This document shows positions 45,084 through 54,337 of a DNA stretch of 64,000 bases, piece by piece. Below the pieces are notes generated by a model. That model saw only the letters and a program-made list of their open reading frames with translations. It searched no databases and was not told where the DNA came from. The DNA is taken from positions 1 to 64,000 of the IMG/VR virus record IMGVR_UViG_3300020202_000062. One strand, given 5' to 3'. This DNA comes from a virus. The position numbers and the translations under genes were made by a program. Position 1 is the first letter of the stretch; the number at the start of each line of letters is the position of its first letter.

Positions 45084-45398
45084 ATGAAAACTAAAATAGA
45101 CAGAGACCTTTTATCAGAGTTAACAACCAGTACAGAACTTGAAGGCTGGACAGTGCTTCAGGATAAACACCTTCGCAACAAGAGGTGGACTGAACAGCGG
45201 CGCATCGTCCTAACCAATCCAGAGTTCCCTGGCATATGGGCTTTCGATTATGAAATTGGACTTACCGAGATGCAGGACTTCTCTTGGTATGACCACTACC
45301 CAGAAGAGATAGAGTTGTTCCAGGTTGTACCTAGAACAGAAACGGTAATGGTGTATGAAAAAGCCCCTGTGGAAGAGCACGATAGTAATCTGGACTGA
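45084..45398 (+). CDS. hypothetical protein
   Basis: RWT..., Y.IGLTEMQ; ATG just after the tRNA-like RNA. Confidence 0.75.
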   Translation: MKTKIDRDLLSELTTSTELEGWTVLQDKHLRNKRWTEQRRIVLTNPEFPGIWAFDYEIGLTEMQDFSWYDHYPEEIELFQVVPRTETVMVYEKAPVEEHDSNLD

Positions 45399-45552
45399 GT
45401 TCGATCCATACGATACAGAGATCGACACTCTAGCGTGGCACGCAATGGAAGGCGACGGGTATTGTTCGCGCCACATTGCAGATCACATAGCAGATCCAGA
45501 GTCAGATCCCGATTGGGATGGAACAGAATTCTTCTGGGATCCAGAAGAGTAA
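45355..45552 (+). CDS. acidic hypothetical protein
   Basis: 65 aa ORF. Confidence 0.55.
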   Translation: MKKPLWKSTIVIWTEFDPYDTEIDTLAWHAMEGDGYCSRHIADHIADPESDPDWDGTEFFWDPEE

Positions 45553-45597
45553 GGCTTGAGGTAGGGTGTTCGGGTGTGTGCGCCCTGCCTCAAATTT

Positions 45598-45669
45598 GCT
45601 TCGGTAGTTCAATGGTAGAACAGCGCCCTCTAAAAGCGTATGTTGAGGGTTCGAATCCCTTCCGAGGCG
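45598..45669 (+). tRNA. amber suppressor tRNA (CTA), tRNA-Gln-like body
   Basis: Loop CT-CTA-AA with anticodon at 45630-45632; D arm identical to tRNA-Gln(CTG) at 5283; G73. Confidence 0.85.
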
Positions 45670-45674
45670 CTCAA

Positions 45675-45858
45675 GATCACGTAGCTCAGGTGGATAGAGC
45701 AGCGCAAAAACGGAGGCGTGGTATCTAGAGAAGGTTTGCGGATGCACCGGGACCGGGCCGCATGCAGTAATGTATGTGGTTGGGGAACCTTAGCCCCCGG
45801 CAGGGAAGCGCGTTATCCTAACTCTAGCGTTGCGGAGGTTCGAGTCCTCCCGTGATCA
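45675..45858 (+). ncRNA. tRNA-like RNA with ~120-nt structured insert in the anticodon arm
   Basis: GATCACG/CGTGATC-A; GCTC/GAGC D arm; GGAGG-TTCGAGT-CCTCC T arm. Confidence 0.75.
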
Positions 45859-45859
45859 C

Positions 45860-46033
45860 ATGAAAACATATCAAGATATATTCGAAAGCATTGTCGCATT
45901 ACTTGATGCTCCTGTTACAGATGACCCGGTGGACATTCTCAAGTTAATCGCGGCAGAGTGTGAATATCCAGGTGAGTACACCTACTTTGATAACAAGGGT
46001 CAGTGGGTAAGATACCCTATAGAAGGCGAGTAA
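45860..46033 (+). CDS. hypothetical protein
   Basis: ATG 2 nt after the discriminator. Confidence 0.6.
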   Translation: MKTYQDIFESIVALLDAPVTDDPVDILKLIAAECEYPGEYTYFDNKGQWVRYPIEGE

Positions 46034-46034
46034 A

Positions 46035-46259
46035 ATGAATTTAGTTACCTGCACATGCGGTAATGATCAGATCATAATCGTAACTCCCGCAGTTCATAAG
46101 TCTAGCGAAGAGATTGAAATCGTAGACAACGGATATCAAGCCTGGAACAGTGACTCTAGTTGGGAAATATCTGACGAAGACGGAGCAAGGTTTGTTTGCG
46201 AAGAATGCGACCATTCTTGGAAAGTTGATCGTCCAGTTACTTGGGAGTGGATTAACTAG
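46035..46259 (+). CDS. zinc-ribbon hypothetical protein
   Basis: CTCG, CEEC. Confidence 0.65.
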   Translation: MNLVTCTCGNDQIIIVTPAVHKSSEEIEIVDNGYQAWNSDSSWEISDEDGARFVCEECDHSWKVDRPVTWEWIN

Positions 46260-46538
46260 ATGAGTATGTCTACTAGAGTAGAAGCCTACAAAGATCCAGA
46301 AGACGAGAAGTACATACAGTACAAAGCCATCTGGGATGCATGTAGAGAAGCATACGTTCAGGTCCCTGATGAAGTGATGAGTTACTTCGGATATGAAACA
46401 CCTGATGAGCATGGTGTAAGGGTGAACTTAAAGCATGAGAAATTCTCTGATCGTGATTCGGTAAGTGATGGTATTATCATCAAGGTAGCAGACATACCTA
46501 AAGATGTAACTGTCATTAGGTTTGTGAACAGTTACTAA
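46260..46538 (+). CDS. hypothetical phage protein
   Basis: 92 aa; abuts the previous stop. Confidence 0.75.
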   Translation: MSMSTRVEAYKDPEDEKYIQYKAIWDACREAYVQVPDEVMSYFGYETPDEHGVRVNLKHEKFSDRDSVSDGIIIKVADIPKDVTVIRFVNSY

Positions 46539-46548
46539 TTAGTGACAA

Positions 46549-46621
<73 letters not shown>

Positions 46622-46625
46622 CCGC

Positions 46626-46701
46626 GCAGGGATAGTATAACGGTTCATTACATATCTATGGTACAGATATAATCAGGGTTCGATTCCCTGTTCCTGCTCC
46701 A
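46626..46701 (+). tRNA. tRNA-Thr(GGT)
   Basis: TATCT-ATGGTAC-AGATA; TCCA end. Confidence 0.88.
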
Positions 46702-46702
46702 A

Positions 46703-46778
46703 GGACCAGTAGCTCAGCCAGGCTTAGAGCATCCGTCTGATACACGGAAGGCCGGGGGTTCGAATCCCTCTTGGTCCA
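46703..46778 (+). tRNA. tRNA-Ile(GAT)
   Basis: TCCGT-CTGATAC-ACGGA. Confidence 0.93.
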
Positions 46779-46782
46779 CTTG

Positions 46783-46809
46783 AAGGTCACGTTTATTCGT
46801 GGCCTTTTT
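46783..46809 (+). terminator. intrinsic terminator closing the tRNA cluster
   Basis: AAGGTCACG-TTTATT-CGTGGCCTT-TTT. Confidence 0.7.
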
Positions 46810-46846
46810 CTATTTGTCCCCGTAGGTTTCTTTTTTAGGGCGCACA

Positions 46847-47509
46847 TTGACTAGCACATTTGTAATCCCAGACAGGTTGTACTTCTACTCTGAGCGTGTA
46901 GCGACTCAGAAGGTTGACGAGAAGCAGAAGTATGGCAAGGAGAACATCTCCGATGCGGTAGATCCTACTGAGGCCAACCTTATATCTTCTCTTCTTGAGA
47001 ATGGCAATCACGCGCCGGTCATTGATTTCGACTACCCGATCGAAGTCATCCCAAGCACTACGCTGGGACACTTCCATCTCTACATTCATAAAGAAGTAGA
47101 GTGGAACAAATACAAGAACGTACTTAATGCACTTGCCAATGCTGATCTTATAGAAAAAGGTTACGCCAAGGCATCAATGCATAAAGGTTTTAGTGCAGTG
47201 CGCCCACCTGGCGTGCAAAAGTTGAACGCACCAGAGGTATCAGATACTCTTGGTGAGTTGGCTAAGGCTAAGCGCCGCAACTTTGAACTAGAACTTGAAC
47301 TAACCAAACTGCAAGGGCAAGTAGCAATGCTCAAGGCTCAGTTGGGCCAGCAGGGTGAGCATACGTGCAAGTGGGACTGTGGCTACAGTACAGACGTGCT
47401 GACAGATCTCAACTACCATTACTTTGCTTACTGTCCTTTAGCAGAACAACAAACACCACCACCTGGAGAGGAGGCGAAACGCAATGGCACTATACAGGAC
47501 GCTTTTTAA
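46847..47509 (+). CDS. hypothetical protein
   Basis: H.PVID.D....PST..GHFHLYI motif plus coiled coil; TTG start. Confidence 0.7.
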   Translation: MTSTFVIPDRLYFYSERVATQKVDEKQKYGKENISDAVDPTEANLISSLLENGNHAPVIDFDYPIEVIPSTTLGHFHLYIHKEVEWNKYKNVLNALANADLIEKGYAKASMHKGFSAVRPPGVQKLNAPEVSDTLGELAKAKRRNFELELELTKLQGQVAMLKAQLGQQGEHTCKWDCGYSTDVLTDLNYHYFAYCPLAEQQTPPPGEEAKRNGTIQDAF

Positions 47510-48158
47510 GGGAATCTGTGGGTCTATAGCCTACGGATTAAACCACGCAGACAGCGACGTAGATGAACGTGGCGTGTTCGCCTACCCTACCAATGTGGTC
47601 CTCGGGCTGGACATGCCAGCCGAAACCATCGAAGTACATGAGCCTGACGTGTGCCTACATGAGGTTGGGAAGTTCTTGCGCCTTGCAAGGGCGAACAACC
47701 CTAACATCCTAGAGATGTTCTGGCTCGAAGAGTATACAGAAATGACCCCTGAGGGCTATATGCTTCTCGGTGCTCGTGACATCTTCTTGTCTCAGAAGGT
47801 TCGTAAGACTTATGCGGGCTACGCTATGTCCCAGATCCATAGGCTAGAAGTCAGAGCAGAGAAGGGTGACGCATCCTTTGGGTCAGACCTTCGTAAGCGA
47901 TACTCTAAGCACGCGCGACATTGCTTCAGGTTAATTCAACAAGGGCGTATGATCCTTGAGACTGGTAAACTTGTCGTCAAGGTACCTAACCGAGATGAAC
48001 TGTTTGCCATAGGTGAGATGGAACCAGAAGCATTGATTGCGCGATTCAATGAAGAGTACGAAGACTTCAAGAACGTCAAATCTGACCTCCCAGAGGAACC
48101 AGACAGCGATAAGATCAATGAACTTCTTCTGAAGATCAGGCGACTGAACTACTCATGA
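47484..48158 (+). CDS. Pol-beta superfamily nucleotidyltransferase (RlaP/PF10127-like)
   Basis: GS.AYGL...DSDVD.RGVF, HE..KF..L....NPN.LE, KHA.H..RL. Confidence 0.88.
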   Translation: MALYRTLFKGICGSIAYGLNHADSDVDERGVFAYPTNVVLGLDMPAETIEVHEPDVCLHEVGKFLRLARANNPNILEMFWLEEYTEMTPEGYMLLGARDIFLSQKVRKTYAGYAMSQIHRLEVRAEKGDASFGSDLRKRYSKHARHCFRLIQQGRMILETGKLVVKVPNRDELFAIGEMEPEALIARFNEEYEDFKNVKSDLPEEPDSDKINELLLKIRRLNYS

Positions 48159-48433
48159 AGCGCATCATACATATCAACCAGCACAACATCAAGGCTAACG
48201 CTAAGAACGGGAGTGATCTACCCGTGATCACAGTCAAGACATACAAGTCCAATGACTATGGTCACGAGGTAGACATTCTCGACGCCGTGGGTAGAGTTGT
48301 GGCTAGGATCGTATACCCAGATAAACCTTTAGCCTGCGGCGCTAGAGTGTGGATAGAGACCGAGAACGATGTCAGAATCAGAACAAGAACTACCCAATCT
48401 AAACAACTGGGTAATGACAGCAGCATTTCGTAA
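48155..48433 (+). CDS. conserved-looking phage hypothetical protein
   Basis: IHINQH.I..N, P.ITVK, KPL.CGARVWIET. Confidence 0.75.
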   Translation: MKRIIHINQHNIKANAKNGSDLPVITVKTYKSNDYGHEVDILDAVGRVVARIVYPDKPLACGARVWIETENDVRIRTRTTQSKQLGNDSSIS

Positions 48434-48833
48434 AGAAGTTGTAACGATTGGTACGAAAATCTTTTGGCGTGATTACGTCTGGGAATCAGAGCAGGTAACT
48501 CTCTTCGATGACGGCTCCTACGAAATGGATCAGGTCATCTCCACAGTCTCAGAAGTAAGTAAGAAGTTCTTGCCTGGGCATTGCTGGTACAGGGTCAATA
48601 CCGAATGGGATTACGATTCCACCTATAGGTATGAATATGTCTCTGGATGGCGAAAGCAGACCGAAACAGAGCACAAAGATTACCTGAAACGCCTAGCCGC
48701 TCAGAAAGAGGCCGAGAAGAAGCGTGCGGCCAAAGAACGCGAACGCACTAAGAAGGCAAGAGCGCAACTAGAAGCAGAAGAACGAAAGACGTTAGAAAAG
48801 CTGCTAAAGAAATACGGAAAAGAAATACAATGA
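48369..48833 (+). CDS. hypothetical protein with charged C-terminal helix
   Basis: 154 aa; ATGA overlap with next gene. Confidence 0.65.
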   Translation: MSESEQELPNLNNWVMTAAFRKEVVTIGTKIFWRDYVWESEQVTLFDDGSYEMDQVISTVSEVSKKFLPGHCWYRVNTEWDYDSTYRYEYVSGWRKQTETEHKDYLKRLAAQKEAEKKRAAKERERTKKARAQLEAEERKTLEKLLKKYGKEIQ

Positions 48834-49411
48834 CCATATGGTTTACCAGTGACCTTCACTTCGGTCACGCTAACATAATCAAGTACTGTAACCGACCGTT
48901 TGAGTCTGTGGATCACATGAACCAGGAACTCATCCGGCGCTGGAACGAGAAGGTCCAGCCAGAGGATACGGTATGGGTGCTAGGTGACGTGGCTATGGGC
49001 AAGTTGAAGGAAACGGTTCCACTGGTCGCTCAACTAAATGGCGACAAGCATCTGGTTGCTGGTAACCATGACGGCTGCTGGAAGTACCACAAGAAGGCTG
49101 ACAAAATGGCAGCCCTCTACTTCGATGCCGGGTTCCGAAGCATATGGACCGAAGCATGGTCGACTCTTCCTTTCGGGGATAAAGACATAAAGTTTCAGAT
49201 GCACCACTTCCCCTTTGTCGGAGATAGTCACGACACTGATAGATACAGTGAGATGCGCCCGATCGATAAGGGTCAGATACTTCTTCATGGTCACGTACAC
49301 GATGCCTGGAAGGCAAAGCCACGCATGGTGAATGTGGGCTGTGACGTATGGGGCTACGCTCCTGTTACATTCGATCAACTGATGAGCGCAATCGCAGAAT
49401 GTGAAGACTAA
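48830..49411 (+). CDS. calcineurin-like metallophosphoesterase
   Basis: SDLHFGH, LGD, GNHD, HGHVH, NVGCD. Confidence 0.92.
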   Translation: MTIWFTSDLHFGHANIIKYCNRPFESVDHMNQELIRRWNEKVQPEDTVWVLGDVAMGKLKETVPLVAQLNGDKHLVAGNHDGCWKYHKKADKMAALYFDAGFRSIWTEAWSTLPFGDKDIKFQMHHFPFVGDSHDTDRYSEMRPIDKGQILLHGHVHDAWKAKPRMVNVGCDVWGYAPVTFDQLMSAIAECED

Positions 49412-49517
49412 TGATAGTAATTGATATCGTGTTTATGACTGTAGTGCTAATGTTCTGTGTTGCTTTCGCCCTTGGTTTGGCCATCTTAATCAAGATGCTC
49501 TGGCAGGAGTTGATGAA

Positions 49518-49718
49518 ATGAAAGACTTGTATATGGTCGTCTGGTCTGGGGGGTATGAAGCCCCTCAGTACCAGGTGCTAGACACAGACATTGCTGCTTG
49601 GGCACTAGCACAGTCGTGGGCAGACGATATGGACGACGAAAGTGATTGGATTGATGTTCTACGCATCAACGGATCAGATCTTTCAGTAGAACGATTAGGT
49701 GAATTCCTTGAGCGATAA
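49518..49718 (+). CDS. hypothetical protein
   Basis: AGGAG SD. Confidence 0.6.
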   Translation: MKDLYMVVWSGGYEAPQYQVLDTDIAAWALAQSWADDMDDESDWIDVLRINGSDLSVERLGEFLER

Positions 49719-49859
49719 AGACGATTCATTTCAGGTAATGTTCCCCGGCAGCTACAGACCTGCCCTAGAACGTTGGCTTTCTAGCCTCAACAGAGAACTG
49801 GTCAAGTACCCTTTCACTGAAGATGATGACCTTCCCACTTACTTCCTGGGACTGCCAAA

Positions 49860-50117
49860 ATGACCTGGGTTGTCATAGAACAAGATGAAGGGCTAATGGT
49901 CGACTACCGTGCCCAGGCTGATATTGAAGTTCTGTTCATTGACTACGATGAGTCAAAACAGAACAAAGAGTACGCCAAAGAGAAGATGATCGATATCTTA
50001 ATCGGGCACTACGAAGAGATTCCTTCCTCTATTCTGGATGGAGTTGCCAAATGCTTAGAAAAGCAACATCCCGGACTCCGTGCGGAAATCTTTAGAGAAA
50101 TAGAAGGGAACATATGA
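49860..50117 (+). CDS. hypothetical protein
   Basis: ATGA overlap with orn. Confidence 0.6.
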   Translation: MTWVVIEQDEGLMVDYRAQADIEVLFIDYDESKQNKEYAKEKMIDILIGHYEEIPSSILDGVAKCLEKQHPGLRAEIFREIEGNI

Positions 50118-50716
50118 ATTACTTTGCGTGGTTTGATACAGAAACTACAGGACTGGATGACGACGCAGCACTCCTAGAAGTTGGCTTCGTTTTAACTGAC
50201 TCAGATCTGAACATCTTATGGCAGAAAGACTGGCTCACGGAGACTATTAAGACCTGTATGTTTGGTCCTGTCGATGGAGTCAGAGAAGAGCAGGCTCTCT
50301 GTAATGACTTTGTGCGAGAGATGCACAACAAGAACAATCTATGGGGCGATAGAATGACCAAGCCTCTAACAATGCCAGGAGCCATGCAAGAAGAGATTGC
50401 CACCAAGATCTACGAGTTGGGCATCGAGGCAAAAGAAGTTCCCATGGCAGGCAGTACGGTCGGATTCGATCGCGCCACTCTCAAAAGAGAGATACCCAAT
50501 CTAGAATCCATGTTTCACTACCGCAGTATAGATGTATCAAGCATCAAAGAACTAGCCAAAGTATGGAACCCAAGCGTGTATCGGCTCCGTCCGGGCCAAG
50601 ACGAATCCAAGAAAGAACACAGAGCCTTAGCTGATGTGTTAACCTCTATCGAAGAATTAAAGCACTACCGTAACCTCTTCTTCTTTCGTCAAGTATCTAG
50701 CGTATTAGGAAACTAA
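50114..50716 (+). CDS. orn: oligoribonuclease (DEDDh)
   Basis: WFDTETTGLD, GS.V.FDR, FHYRSIDVSSIKELA..W, HRALAD...SIEELK.YR. Confidence 0.93.
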   Translation: MNYFAWFDTETTGLDDDAALLEVGFVLTDSDLNILWQKDWLTETIKTCMFGPVDGVREEQALCNDFVREMHNKNNLWGDRMTKPLTMPGAMQEEIATKIYELGIEAKEVPMAGSTVGFDRATLKREIPNLESMFHYRSIDVSSIKELAKVWNPSVYRLRPGQDESKKEHRALADVLTSIEELKHYRNLFFFRQVSSVLGN

Positions 50717-52679
50717 ATGCCGCAAATGATCTATATTGCATTCTGGTGTGACTATGGCGACTGGGCTTTTGATACAGATGAAGAGACCGGTGGTTGGCTA
50801 GGCTTCTCAACTGAAGAAGCGTGCCAAAAGAGGATCGATTATCTCAACGAGCGTGACGGGACCTATCGTGGTTCACCTCGCTGGAGCATTGAAGAGATAG
50901 AGGTTCGCAATGCCTGATATCATCAAGCCTACAGGAGACTACTTCTGGCAGTGTGGTGAGTGTGGTGTTCAGAGTCCTGAGGGCTCTGGTCTCTCCACCG
51001 AATATGATGCACAGCGTAGTTTATGGGCACACTACGATGAAGAGCATGAACTTCTTTGCGAACGCTGCGGCTACCCCGATAGTGGTGAATGGGGCGGACT
51101 ATTTCCCCTTACCGTAGAAGTAGGTGCATCGCATGAAGAAGGCTGGGAAAAATGGCAGCAATTCATGTGCGCCGACTGCTGGGATGAGATGCGAGATGAA
51201 CTAGAAAAGTTTGTCTATGAAGTATGGGGCATCGACAAGAAGAAACGCTTCGGCGGATGGTCTTTCCATGCCGAGTGGGAAGAGCGTGAGAACTCTAGGT
51301 ACAGATTATGAGAATATCTATATGGTGGCATAAACTAAAGGGCCACACCCTAGAGATGCGTAAGGTATCGGTGCCGCTCTTTGATATTTCTGCTCGTGGC
51401 GAACTATGGATCTGCTCGTGTAAGAAAAGATGGGCGCTATGACCTTCGAAGAAGAAGTCGACGCAGTCACCCCCGAAGAAGTGGGTATGGCCATCCTTAA
51501 GATGTTCAACGCTCTTCTGTTACTGTATAAGTTCGACGGCACGGTGCCCTCCTGGGATCCCGAGGCGGAACCAATTCAGGTCCCCTTTGCGGATACTGTA
51601 GACGAAGCAGTAGAGGCTTTCGATAAGCCTGCTCTTCGTCGCAAGTTAACACAATTACTATGGCCGAACGGATACAGGAACAGTGGCATACAAAGTCAAG
51701 GATCTTAAAGATCTACTAGAGGGCCTACCAGACGATATGATGGTCGTCCTGTCTAGTGATGGAGAGGGAAACTCTTTTAGTCCCTTAAGTGGATACTGGG
51801 ATGAAGGTTACTACATCCCGGATAGCACTTGGAGTGGCGATGTTCGTTCCCTTGAGGATATGGAGGATGAACACGACGAAGATTATTACGACGATGAAGA
51901 TCAGCCCGAGTTCAAACTGCCAGAAGACGCACAGAAAGTACTGGTCCTATGGCCTACGAACTAACTGACGAGGATCTACTTAGCCTCAAGTACACAGCCA
52001 TGGACATGGCAGAATACGAAGATGATAGTTGGTCATGTTGCGGCGAAGAACGTAGAGACCGAGTCTACAATTGGGAAGAAGTTGTTTCAGTTGTCATTAG
52101 GGAATACGAAAACATCAAGGCTAAAAATGCTGGTTGAGTTCCTGATAGGCACTGTGTCTTTATTGGCCGGAAGTCTTATATATGTTCTCTGGATGCTATA
52201 TCAGATAGCATCCTTGAAATGGCATCGACACCCACATGACCCAAACACCTACAGATATATTCAAGGACCACGATGAACACACCTAATTGCCCAGAGTGCG
52301 GTAACCCCATGGCCATCATGGGTAAAGGCGGCAATGAGAACAATGGCATGATCTGGTATTGTGACGGACCCAGTTGGGAACCACCGCGGCCAGGATGCTA
52401 CTACACAATGAGCGCCATGCAGGTTTCAACTTTCACTGGTGAGGTTTTCTAATGACCAAGTTCATCGAACTAAAGTGTCTTGTTTCAGACCCAGGAACCT
52501 TCAATCAAACCGAGAGAATGGTTTTAGTGTCTTTGGATCACATCTCTCACGTATTTCCTCATAGGAATCTCAAGGATAGATGTGTACTGGTCCTGAATAG
52601 TAGGATCAACATGGCCATAATGGAATCTTACAAAGATGTCACGAGAAAGTTAAAGAGGCTATCCCCTACTAAAGTCTAG
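50717..52679 (+). other. run of small hypothetical genes (50717-50917, 50910-51311, 51439-51708, 51683-51964, 51949-52137, 52452-52679 and smaller ones)
   Basis: Tightly overlapping plus-strand ORFs with no recognised motifs. Confidence 0.6.
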
Positions 52680-52697
52680 GGGATAACCTCTTTTTTT
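52652..52697. terminator. terminator at convergence of plus- and minus-strand blocks
   Basis: AGAGGCTATCCCCTA/TAGGGGATAACCTCT followed by a T run. Confidence 0.8.
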
Positions 52698-52719
52698 ATA
52701 TAAAACGGGGGGATGATAT

Positions 52720-52959
52720 TTACTCTTGCTGTTTATTCTCCTCGTGCACTAGCACCTGTGCGCCCACGACAATGCCGATTCCTGTCATTGTGAGAGCAAA
52801 GGCACTCATTTCATAGATGAGCAATTGTTCGCCGCTGAAGGGTCCGTATACCATGAGTGGCAATGACAAGAGTACTAGTATTACACCCATCCTGAGTTGA
52901 GCATGGGCCGATAGTGAATGTAGGAGCCAATTACCAACCTTGTCAATATACTTCATCAT
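52720..52959 (-). CDS. two-TM membrane protein (holin-like candidate)
   Basis: Hydrophobic segments; near endolysin. Confidence 0.55.
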   Translation of the reverse strand: MMKYIDKVGNWLLHSLSAHAQLRMGVILVLLSLPLMVYGPFSGEQLLIYEMSAFALTMTGIGIVVGAQVLVHEENKQQE

Positions 52960-53378
52960 TAGAAACAGACCCCCATCATACATACTACTGTACCGTCTGG
53001 TTGTTCTGGTTCTTCTGGGTCATCCGGCGCTGGCTCAGGTTCTGGTTCTGTCACCGGCGCTGGCTGCGTCGTCGGGGGAGTCTGCTCTTCTTGGACAGGA
53101 GCAGAGCGGCCAGAACCACTATCACTGTCCCTGACAATAAAAGTGACGTTGGACTCCTCTGAATCTTCTTCCTGTTCATCCGCAGTTTCCTCCTCTGTTG
53201 GGTTTACTGTGGTTGTGGTAGTTCCGATACCAACTTGCTCTAGTCTGTCTTGCGCTAGAGCAAGATCATTCTTGGTCTCTGCGTACCGGTTTCCCACTAT
53301 GTAGGAAGATACCATCATGAATATGATGAAGATAACTATCGCCAATTCTCGCTTTGGTGTCAGTACTGCGTGAGCCAT
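52959..53378 (-). CDS. single-TM protein with acidic Pro-rich tail
   Basis: GGAGG SD; N-terminal TM; PEPEPEP. Confidence 0.7.
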   Translation of the reverse strand: MAHAVLTPKRELAIVIFIIFMMVSSYIVGNRYAETKNDLALAQDRLEQVGIGTTTTTVNPTEEETADEQEEDSEESNVTFIVRDSDSGSGRSAPVQEEQTPPTTQPAPVTEPEPEPAPDDPEEPEQPDGTVVCMMGVCF

Positions 53379-53459
53379 AATCGTACCCTCCTACTATGAC
53401 TAGTACTAACTAACTACCAATTCAATAGTTTTTTTAAACCTTCATCTTAGATGCCTGGC

Positions 53460-54275
53460 TTACTTAAAGACGTATGTGCCACCATCTTCAGCAAAGAGGA
53501 CGTATCCGTAGTATACCCCAGAACTATTTGTCAGTAACTCGAAACCACAAATAGGCTTGTTTAGGGTAATTCCCTTTGATGGAACGTCTCCTCGTAGCAC
53601 ATTGTTTCCTGCTACCTGATTGTAGGCATGGACTGTTCCGTCTGGCTTTACAGCGATGAACGTAAGCCTTCCATTGCTCTGTAGTTGTGCTCCTGGAACC
53701 ATTCTAGCCCCAATGTACTGTCCTGTCATCATTGCCTCCTGTGGCGTCTTTGCTAGTCTAATTGCTACTTCTCTGCGGAAGTCGTTCATGTCGATACCAT
53801 ATGGATCGATTTTTCTGGTCGGTGCCCATTCCTTGTGGCCGCATGTATAACTGGCATCGTTTCCAATTCCATCCAGCATTGCTGCTACAATTCTGTAGTA
53901 TGCTTCCAACTGAACCAGTGGCCAAGGCTCACCCCTACCGTCGTTGGCTGCTTCGATCCCTAGCGCCTGAGTGTTTAGAGTGAAGCCCTTCCATGATCCG
54001 GCACCGGCATGGTTTGCCTTACCTGATGCCACCATGTAGGCGGTGCCATCGCGACCTAGATACACCTGACACAGCGGTCCTGGCAGGTCAGACCTTCCGA
54101 CCGTAACCAGCCTCAAGCCTGGGGCGCTCGCTGGCCCTGCGATAGCGTCATGGTGTACAATTACTACTTCTGGATTGAGTGTGGCATCGCCACGGGTCGT
54201 CCAGCCATCAACGAGTTGTACTTTAACACCGTACTCTCTCATCTTATCTGGAAGCCATAAAACTCTTCCGCTCAT
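53460..54275 (-). CDS. endolysin, N-acetylmuramoyl-L-alanine amidase (Amidase_2)
   Basis: VHHD, DLPGPLCQ, ANHAG, GIEA.N, GHKEWAP.RK.DP. Confidence 0.92.
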   Translation of the reverse strand: MSGRVLWLPDKMREYGVKVQLVDGWTTRGDATLNPEVVIVHHDAIAGPASAPGLRLVTVGRSDLPGPLCQVYLGRDGTAYMVASGKANHAGAGSWKGFTLNTQALGIEAANDGRGEPWPLVQLEAYYRIVAAMLDGIGNDASYTCGHKEWAPTRKIDPYGIDMNDFRREVAIRLAKTPQEAMMTGQYIGARMVPGAQLQSNGRLTFIAVKPDGTVHAYNQVAGNNVLRGDVPSKGITLNKPICGFELLTNSSGVYYGYVLFAEDGGTYVFK

Positions 54276-54321
54276 ATTTATCCCCTTCGTTCGAATACAC
54301 TACAGATAGTAACCACAAAGG

Positions 54322-54330
54322 TGGTATAAT
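54322..54330 (+). promoter_or_regulatory. extended -10 promoter, probably leaderless
   Basis: TGgTATAAT followed 7 nt later by ATG 54338. Confidence 0.6.
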
Positions 54331-54337
54331 GGTTGAC

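Noticed and set aside
45598-45669. tRNA-Pyl
   Set aside because: Canonical GG D loop, TTC T loop and 5-nt variable loop; Gln-like body; no pyl genes
44663-45858. Group I introns in tRNAs
   Set aside because: Inserts are about 30-120 nt, lack a recognisable P7 core, and no simple excision restores a canonical anticodon loop by eye
52959-53378. Spanin
   Set aside because: No lipobox or embedded lipoprotein partner seen; only generic TM plus low-complexity features
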